Source: an uncultured bacterium
GTDB taxonomy: Bacteria; SAR324; NAC60-12
Reading direction: 5' to 3'
DNA: 48,837 nt
Assembly (NCBI GenBank): GCA_965662235.1
Contig: CBFIGY010000021.1
Location: 1-48,837, forward strand
Shown here: positions 43,001-48,837 of the stretch, piece after piece
How positions within the stretch are numbered: the stretch's first letter is position 1
How the letters are laid out: every line of letters starts with the position of its first letter
Program-made: the position numbers and the translations under genes
Notes under the pieces: generated by a model
Database searches by the model: none
What the model was told of the DNA's origin: nothing
Seen by the model: only the letters and a program-made list of their open reading frames with translations

Positions 43001-44541
43001 AAAGCAGCACGCGCTTGATCGCCTGAGAGGGCTTCCAAGGTTCGGTTCACCTCCTGCTTGAGGGCGTCCGGAGTGGCTGCTGAGAGGATCAGGGTCTGCG
43101 GAGTCTGATGCAGGCGGTAAGGGCCCGTATGGGTCGCCTGGTGCTCTTCCAGAATGAAGTGAAAGTTGGTGCCACCGAAACCAAAGGCGCTCACCCCGGC
43201 GCGTCGGGGCGTGCCATCTGTGATCCAAGGACGCGTCTCCGAGTTGAGGTAGAGAGGCGTTGCTTCCGCGTTCAGGCTGGGGTTAGGGTTCTCCAAATTG
43301 ATGATCGGAGGCAGCACTTTGTGGTGCAGAGCCAACGCGACCTTGATCAGTCCAGCGGCGCCTGCTGTGGCCTTGGTGTGGGCAATCTGAGACTTGACGC
43401 TTCCCACGGCAATGCTCTGGAGCGGAACGTCTGCTTCCTCATAAACCGTTTTCAAGCCTTCAAATTCGGTGGCGTCACCGGCTTTGGTCCCGGTGCCATG
43501 GGCTTCCACGAGGGTCACTGTGGAAGCGTGCACGCCGGCATCTTCATGAGCTCGACGGAGGCACTTGGCCTGTCCGGAAGCTCGAGGGGCATAGATGCTC
43601 TTGAAGCGTCCATCGCTGGAGGAACCGAGTCCCTTGATGACCGCATACACGTGGTCGCCATCGCGTTCCGCGTCTTCAAGGCGCTTGAGGACCACCATGC
43701 CGAGGCCTTCGCCAATCATGATCCCCTTGGAGTTTTCATCGAAGGGCTGAACCCGCTCTTCTGTGGTGAAGGCTGGGGTCTTGCTGAAGCACATGTACAT
43801 GAAGGGGGAGTTGTCGGTATCGACGCCTCCGGTAATCATCATGTCAGCTCGACCTTCCACAAGGTCACTGACCGCCATTTTGACTGCAGCCAAGGAGCTG
43901 CCGCAGGCGGCGTCCACGGTGCAGTTGGTGCCCCCAAGGTCGAGGCGGTTGGCGATGCGTCCGGCAATGACGTTGCCGAGCAGTCCGGGGAAGGACGCTT
44001 CTTCCCAACGGACGTAGGCTGCCTTGATCTTTTCAATGATGGTGGCTGTTTCCGACTCGCTGAGGCCGGACTTGCGGAGAACCTTCTCCCACACGGGGTA
44101 CTGCAACCGTGCCGTCAGGGAGCCCAAGAGCTTCATGCCCGCCGTTACCCCAAGGATGACCCCGGTTCGGTCCCGGACGGTTTCCGCGGCTTCCGCGTAG
44201 CCAGCGTCTTCCAGCGCGTCTCGGGCGACCAGCAGTCCCAGCAGTTGCGAGGAATCAGTTTGCTCCAAAAGGTTCGGAGGAATGCCAAACTCCATGGGGT
44301 CAAAGTCGATCTCCGGGAGAAATCCGCCGCGACGGCTGTAGGCCTTGTCCGGGGCACTCTTGTCGGCGTCGTAGTAGTCGTCAACGTTCCAGCGGTCTGC
44401 CGGAATGTCGGTGATGGCGTCAACCTTGCGGACAATGTTGTCCCAGTACTGTTCAAGATTGGGAGCTTCCGGGAAGAGGGCTGAGATGCCAACGACCGCG
44501 ATGGGAGTGTGGTGGAGACGACGATTTGTATCTGATTTCAT
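40054..44541 (-). CDS. pfaA: PUFA-synthase-like PfaA N-terminal part: KS-MAT-ACPx3 (1495 aa)
   Basis: KS with VDAACGSS, HGTGT and AHTKATAG; malonyl transferase GHSFGE and AFHT; three ACPs with DLG(I/V)DSIKRVEI. Ends ...AEVKKNS*. Confidence 0.93.
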   Translation of the reverse strand: MKSDTNRRLHHTPIAVVGISALFPEAPNLEQYWDNIVRKVDAITDIPADRWNVDDYYDADKSAPDKAYSRRGGFLPEIDFDPMEFGIPPNLLEQTDSSQLLGLLVARDALEDAGYAEAAETVRDRTGVILGVTAGMKLLGSLTARLQYPVWEKVLRKSGLSESETATIIEKIKAAYVRWEEASFPGLLGNVIAGRIANRLDLGGTNCTVDAACGSSLAAVKMAVSDLVEGRADMMITGGVDTDNSPFMYMCFSKTPAFTTEERVQPFDENSKGIMIGEGLGMVVLKRLEDAERDGDHVYAVIKGLGSSSDGRFKSIYAPRASGQAKCLRRAHEDAGVHASTVTLVEAHGTGTKAGDATEFEGLKTVYEEADVPLQSIAVGSVKSQIAHTKATAGAAGLIKVALALHHKVLPPIINLENPNPSLNAEATPLYLNSETRPWITDGTPRRAGVSAFGFGGTNFHFILEEHQATHTGPYRLHQTPQTLILSAATPDALKQEVNRTLEALSGDQARAAFDEWVQASQAPLAQEQARLGLVAATPEEAQAALQSALETFEKKADAVHWSVKGVTYRQSGLDSSGKVVALFSGQGSQYLNMGRELFTNFPPPLEVYQQLDQLFSSSGQKPLSQVVFPPPAFSKDTQAAQEAQLQLTQHAQPGIGGVSAGLFKILTQAGFQPDFTAGHSFGELTALWAAGVLSEADYTKLAFARGQAMKAPEDPNFEAGTMMAVMGKLDQLEDDLKAFPEVVMANLNSPKQVVVAGPTAAVKEAHGALKEKKYNAVLLPVSAAFHTTLVGHAQKPFAEAIRSVKFNKPKVPVYSNATSEAYPTDPKAIQKRLEEHILNSVRFREEIENIHAAGGRIFVEFGPKNVLTKLVEAILGDKEFTAVALNENPKKDSDRLFRQAVTDLIVLGLPLQGYDPYAWKRPKPTRKKSPLTLKMTGANYVSEATRNRFKEALEDGFTVSSKGSGSTGGGGTPAASGSTQPRTTPSPQPVAPPRAAQPQSATPSVPSTPPGAPSLQKAMSHSTPSVSDLYSQQQATLSVHQQYLQQQGEYSRTVLQLLQQQLQLAAQGQTIPDTVAQSMQWFHAHQGETLKVHELYLTQQAEQLRSLAGSAPSVALPAPAPMPAPAPQVAPPVMPAPAPAPSFTPPVAAPPAPAPAPVAPPVVAAPPVATPAPAPVAAPTPAPAAAPAPTAALDVNAVLLDIVADKTGYPKEMLEPEMDLEADLGIDSIKRVEILGTVQDRLPDVPGVRGEEMGELRTLGQIQEYLQAKAPQTAAPAASTTAAPAASTAAPEASAPAPAAAADPAEALLAVISEKTGYPANMLEMSMELEADLGVDSIKRVEIMWAIQEKFPQLPQLDNQVLAEMRSLGQIANHLKALLPAANGQTTPLESAGPSVISAATVEDSLLAVISEKTGYPKEMLELSMDLEADLGVDSIKRVEIMWAIQEKLPGLQEINTGDLGELRTLQQIADKLAAHLPTAPVAVEASAEVKKNS
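40110..40963 (-). repeat. Three tandem ACP-domain repeats separated by Ala/Pro linkers
   Basis: Repeated KTGYP-x-EML-x-x-x-M(D/E)LEADLG(I/V)DSIKRVEI units. ACP2 and ACP3 share long identical nucleotide stretches. Boundaries approximate. Confidence 0.9.
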
Positions 44542-44759
44542 GAGTTTGGAACCGTTCCTGTGCACCGGAATGCCGAGGGTTCTGGCTCGCGAAAAGGAGC
44601 CAGCCAAAAACAACTCATGCTAAAGCAAACCGGTGGGGGTGCAAGTTTTTCCGCCATCTCCCCGGCTCCAGGTGGGGCTAGGGACCAGATGGCTAGAATC
44701 TTGTATTGCCAGAGTCAGACCAAAACGCGTTCTTGGGATTTTGTTTGTAACGAGGATCA

Positions 44760-45404
44760 ATGAAAATCAATGCTTCTGCCAACCCGGCCCCTTCCCCCCG
44801 AAATGAGGCGGAATCCGCCAAAACCAAGGAAGATGGGGGTCAGCCCAACCTGAAGGAAATGGCGCCTCAGATTGGGAAGCAAAAAATGCCGCCCAACCCG
44901 GAGCTCAACAACATCCGCCCCGCGAGCAGCCACCACGCGACCATGACGGTCCGGCGCTCTTACGGCATGGTCATTTCCAGCTATGAGAACGTCGTCCGGC
45001 GAGGAGGGCTTTCTGGAGAGGCGGCTGAGCAGCTTGGTGCGACGGTGGATCGTCGCATCGAGGAACTCAACGACGCGGCCCGCAAGCAGATTGAGGCGCT
45101 TCCGGAGTACCGGAATTTGAAAGTCGACGATTTGTCCGACCTCGGAGGGGAGCTTGAGGATCTGATGACGGACGATGAGCACTACCTGCGGGCCTTCGAG
45201 TTGCTCAAGCATCCCGAGTTTGCGCAGCTGATGGAGTCAACGGAAAGCATCCACCGCTCTTTTGCGGAGATGATGGAAGAAAACGGCAAGGAAACACTGA
45301 TGTTCGGCGTCTTTGAGATGATCCGCGAGATGGGCGGACTGGCGAAGTCGCAGGACAGCCAAGTGGTCGCGGATCAGGGGAAGCGGGTCAACATTCAGGT
45401 CTGA
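44760..45404 (+). CDS. Hypothetical protein (214 aa, acidic, predicted helical)
   Basis: ATG with SD GAGGA and genome-typical codon use. The stop overlaps the 3' end of the convergent fbp by 10 nt. Confidence 0.75.
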   Translation: MKINASANPAPSPRNEAESAKTKEDGGQPNLKEMAPQIGKQKMPPNPELNNIRPASSHHATMTVRRSYGMVISSYENVVRRGGLSGEAAEQLGATVDRRIEELNDAARKQIEALPEYRNLKVDDLSDLGGELEDLMTDDEHYLRAFELLKHPEFAQLMESTESIHRSFAEMMEENGKETLMFGVFEMIREMGGLAKSQDSQVVADQGKRVNIQV

Positions 45405-46411
45405 GCAGCGAACAGCTCTTGAACCTCCTCAACCATCTGCGCAGAGCCAATGAAGAGCGGTGAGCGCTGATGCAGTTGGTCGGGTTCAATGTCCAGAATC
45501 CGCTGGTAGCCGTTGGTGGCGAGGCCGCCTGCCTGTTCAGCAATGAACGCCAAGGCCCCGCACTCGTACTGCAGGCGGAGTTTGCCCTTGGGCGCCTTTG
45601 TGGTGGGCGGGTAAAGGTAGATGCCTCCCTTGAGGAGGTTCCGGTGGAAGTCCCCAACAAAGGAACCGATGTAGCGTCCGGAGTACGCGCGCTCCTGACA
45701 GCGCTCCAGATAGGTCTGGACGGGGCGAGGAAAGTCGAGGCGGTTTCCCTCGTTGACCGAGTAGATTTTTCCTCCCTCAGGGGTCCGGATGCTGGGATGT
45801 GAGAGGATGAACTCGCCCAAGGACGGTTCATAGGTGAAGCCGTTGACGCCGCGTCCGGTCGTGTAGACCAAGACGGTGGAGGAGCCATAAAGCATGTAGC
45901 CGCTGGCCACCTGAGCATTTCCGGGCTGCAGGGCATCTTCCAGACTAGGAGGCGTTCCAACTGGGGTAACGCGACGGTAGATCGAAAAAATGGTGCCGAT
46001 GGCCACATTGACATCAATATTGCTTGAACCATCCAACGGGTCGATGGCCACAACATAAGAGGCGTTGTGGTGCCCGGTATCGACCATGCCTTCTGTCTCT
46101 TCCGAGATGATGCAGCAGGCCTGTCCACCTCGTCTCAAAGAACGCATGAAGCGCGTGTCGGCGATGACATCCAGCTTCATCTGCTCTTCACCCTGAATGT
46201 TTGATTCCCCCATGCCCCCGTCAAAGTGGATCAGTCCTGCCCGGTTGATGTCCCGGTTGATCACCTTGGCGGCAAAGGAAAGGTCGGCCAGCAACTGCGA
46301 CAGCTCTCCCCGGGCCTGAGGAAACTGACGCTGCTCCTGAGCAATGAAGCGGGCCAGGGTGGTGCCGACTGGAGCAGAGAGCCGACGAACGGTGCTGTGT
46401 GGGTCGTTCAT
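45395..46411 (-). CDS. fbp: Class 1 fructose-1,6-bisphosphatase
   Basis: Motifs [42 protein letters not shown] and GKLRLQYE. Confidence 0.97.
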   Translation of the reverse strand: MNDPHSTVRRLSAPVGTTLARFIAQEQRQFPQARGELSQLLADLSFAAKVINRDINRAGLIHFDGGMGESNIQGEEQMKLDVIADTRFMRSLRRGGQACCIISEETEGMVDTGHHNASYVVAIDPLDGSSNIDVNVAIGTIFSIYRRVTPVGTPPSLEDALQPGNAQVASGYMLYGSSTVLVYTTGRGVNGFTYEPSLGEFILSHPSIRTPEGGKIYSVNEGNRLDFPRPVQTYLERCQERAYSGRYIGSFVGDFHRNLLKGGIYLYPPTTKAPKGKLRLQYECGALAFIAEQAGGLATNGYQRILDIEPDQLHQRSPLFIGSAQMVEEVQELFAAQT

Positions 46412-46451
46412 GAGGAAATTCAGTTGGGGTCAGGGGAACGGAGGCTCAGTT

Positions 46452-46465
46452 TGGAAACGTTTCGG
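46452..46465. promoter_or_regulatory. Putative LacI-family operator upstream of fbp (TGGAAACGTTTCGG)
   Basis: Perfect 10-bp palindrome GAAACGTTTC at 46454-46463, ~43 nt upstream of the fbp ATG. Confidence 0.4.
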
Positions 46466-46727
46466 CACATGAATGGAAGGTGACGGCGAGATGGCGGAAC
46501 TCTACTGAAATCCACCTATTTGTTCAAGTGGCAGACGCGTCTCCACCTGCAGAGGCGGCCAGAAAAAGAGTTTTAAATTTGTCCGTAGCCCCTTTTCTCA
46601 CCCGGGAACCAACAGGAAAAACGAAGATATCTTGCATGTTGATGGGTCTTGGTTCGAGATTAAGCTGCCATATTAGTCTGCTGATGCCTCCTGTAGGGCA
46701 TCGGTCAACACGTAAAGTGAGTGGGTT

Positions 46728-48837
46728 TTGATTACTCGTTGGATTTTGCTCCTGACAGCTGGACTGGTTGCTCTGGCCGGATGTGACTCGGGTTCCGTTA
46801 CGACGTCAGGAGAGTCGAGTTCCTTTGACGCGCCACCGGCGGCTGGGGTGGAAATTCTTGCTCCAGAAGCAAGTGGAACTTCTGAAGCCTCGGAGAAAGC
46901 GACTTTTAGCGTACGCCTCGGCTCCAAGCCCCTCTTTGACGTAGACCTGACCCTCACGAGTTCTATGACCACCGAGGGCACGGTGTCGCCCGCGTCTCTG
47001 ACCTTTAACTCCGACAACTGGAACGTCTACCAGACCGTCACGGTCACAGGCCAAGACGACTCCATTGCCGACGGAGCTCAAGCGTTCAAGATCCAGTTTG
47101 GCCTGACTTCAGATGATGCGGGCTATGCGGATGTGGTTGTCAGTGACCTTCTCCTGACCAACTATGATGACGAAACCGCAAATGTCATTGTACGGAAGAC
47201 GACCTCCAGCACCACCACGCTCAGCAGTCTGACACTGAGTGAAGGAGCAAACGATACCTTCGTGGTGCGGCTTCGCTCTGAACCTGCAGCGGATGTCAAG
47301 GTTCCCTTTGCCACTAGTGACTCCACAGAAGGGAGTGTTTCCCCCGCGTCTCTCACCTTTACTGCTGCGAACTGGAGCACCTACCAAACCGTGACCGTTA
47401 CGGGAGTGAATGAGGCAATTGCCGACGGTGACATTACCTCCAAAATTTCCATTGGTCCGCTGGAGAGCACCAGCAAGGTTTACAATGGCGTCAACCCCGC
47501 GGATCTAACTCTGGTGACTCAAGACGATGAGAATCCAGGATTGGTCATTAGCCCCACTTCCGGCTTGAGCACATCGGAGGCAGGTCTGAATGACACCTTC
47601 ACCGTCAAGTTGGACACCGAACCGTCTGCGAATGTGGTCATTGGGCTGTACAGCAATGACACCTCAGAAGGGCAGGTAAGCACCAATCGGTTGACCTTTA
47701 CGCCTTCTAATTACAGTACGGCTCAGGTCGTGACCGTTAAGGGGCGGAATGACTTCAGCGACAGCGCCAACCAAAACTACTTCATCATCATCCAAAAAAT
47801 CTCACGTACCGGAACCGGCTACGATGGGGTGGGACCGTATGCGATCTCTGCGACGAACGCCGATGACGGTCTCGACAACCCCGGAGTCACGGTCGCTCCA
47901 ACCAGCTTAACGGTTGCTGAAGCAGGAGGGAAAGGGACCTTCACCGTGAAGTTGGATGCACAACCACAGTCAGATGTCCTGATTCAGCTCACCAATAGCG
48001 ACTCCAGTTTAGGGACTGCTAGTGTCAGCAGCCTCCGGTTTACAAGCTCAACGTGGCCGGTTCCTCAGACGGTGACGGTGACCGGAATTGACAACGACAT
48101 TGACCATGTCTCTGACCGCACGGCAACCTTTTCTTTGGCCGCCTCTGGAGATTCACGTTTTTCCAGCCTTTCCATTAACTCCGTAGGTGTCACCTACACG
48201 GATGATGACACCGCGGGATTGCAACTGAACCCCGTCGATGTGACCACCAATGAGAACGGAGATAACGGAAATCTGACGGTGCGTCTGACGTCTGAGCCGA
48301 TCAACCCGGTGACGGTTGCTGCCTCTAGTAGTGACGTGTCTGAGATAACGGTTTCTCCGGCCAGCCTGACCTTCAACAGTGCGAACTGGTCAACGGTCCA
48401 AACGGTTCAGTTGACCCATGTTGATGATGTCATTCTTGATGGAGATATTGCTGTTACGCTGACACTGAATCCGAGTCAGTCTGCCAATGCAAACGAGAGC
48501 AGCTACGGTGCTTTGGCTTCCTCCACGCAAACGGCGACCAACCAGGATGATGATGTGGTCGGGATTCAGGTGAATCTGGTGGATGGGGCGACCAACGAAT
48601 CGGGTGATAACGGAAGCTTCACGGTGGCGTTAGATGCGGCACCGCCGCCCGGGACGTATGTCAAGTTATGGACCTGGGTGGAGCCTACAGACGACGGCAC
48701 CTCAATCGAACGCTTGGAAGCAAAATTAGATAATGGTGCAACGTTTTCAGACAACGTGTCTCTCAACTTTATGACGACTGACCTGACGAACGCTCAGACC
48801 GTTACTGTTGTGGGACAGGACGATTGGTTGATTGACG
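46728..48837 (+). CDS. Large surface lipoprotein with tandem Calx-beta-like (~115 aa) beta-sandwich repeats; 3' end runs off the window
   Basis: Not in the ORF track because there is no stop in the window. TTG start follows an in-frame TAA at 46713. N-terminus (M)ITRWILLLTAGLVALAG-C has an LAGC lipobox. Open for >700 codons with six repeats of ...FTVxL...P...SLTFxxxNWxxxQTVTVTGxDD...DG...DDD/E. Confidence 0.88.
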   Translation, partial: MITRWILLLTAGLVALAGCDSGSVTTSGESSSFDAPPAAGVEILAPEASGTSEASEKATFSVRLGSKPLFDVDLTLTSSMTTEGTVSPASLTFNSDNWNVYQTVTVTGQDDSIADGAQAFKIQFGLTSDDAGYADVVVSDLLLTNYDDETANVIVRKTTSSTTTLSSLTLSEGANDTFVVRLRSEPAADVKVPFATSDSTEGSVSPASLTFTAANWSTYQTVTVTGVNEAIADGDITSKISIGPLESTSKVYNGVNPADLTLVTQDDENPGLVISPTSGLSTSEAGLNDTFTVKLDTEPSANVVIGLYSNDTSEGQVSTNRLTFTPSNYSTAQVVTVKGRNDFSDSANQNYFIIIQKISRTGTGYDGVGPYAISATNADDGLDNPGVTVAPTSLTVAEAGGKGTFTVKLDAQPQSDVLIQLTNSDSSLGTASVSSLRFTSSTWPVPQTVTVTGIDNDIDHVSDRTATFSLAASGDSRFSSLSINSVGVTYTDDDTAGLQLNPVDVTTNENGDNGNLTVRLTSEPINPVTVAASSSDVSEITVSPASLTFNSANWSTVQTVQLTHVDDVILDGDIAVTLTLNPSQSANANESSYGALASSTQTATNQDDDVVGIQVNLVDGATNESGDNGSFTVALDAAPPPGTYVKLWTWVEPTDDGTSIERLEAKLDNGATFSDNVSLNFMTTDLTNAQTVTVVGQDDWLID

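Noticed and set aside
1..48837. Mobile elements, prophage, defence systems, rRNA
   Set aside because: No transposase, integrase, phage structural, Cas, restriction-modification or rRNA-like sequence was recognised.

Overview
GC-rich, gene-dense bacterial chromosomal window. Gene content is compatible with a marine deltaproteobacterium such as SAR324, but that is inference only. From left to right: (1) a partial VOC/glyoxalase gene and greA; (2) a YnjBCD-type ABC transporter, a chromate-family (CHR) transporter, a disulfide-reductase-family flavoprotein with a TVP38/DedA membrane protein, YitT and a membrane hypothetical; (3) a ~20 kb rare-sugar catabolic region (10.5-30.6 kb) with a sugar ABC importer, four sugar kinases, three isomerase/mutarotase-type enzymes, an AKR/lactonase/SDR oxidative set and an acetoin-dehydrogenase-like E1a/E1b/E2 module, but no aldolase, dehydratase or regulator; (4) a ~14 kb PUFA-synthase-like (pfa) iterative PKS/FAS locus; (5) a hypothetical gene, class 1 fbp, and the 5' part of a large Calx-beta-like repeat lipoprotein. 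The top observation is that pfaA is interrupted between its third ACP and its KR-DH region by a -1 frame change. The change falls exactly at an A9 run (GTA AAA AAA AAC TCT TAA), is followed by a 9-bp hairpin, and the downstream frame has no usable start. This is a candidate programmed frameshift or transcriptional-slippage site yielding short (1495 aa) and full-length (~2300 aa) PfaA; a homopolymer sequencing error is the alternative to exclude. The second is an AcoABC-like complex embedded in a ketose isomerase/kinase operon, suggesting oxidative cleavage of a ketose phosphate. No rRNA, complete tRNA, CRISPR array or transposase was seen.
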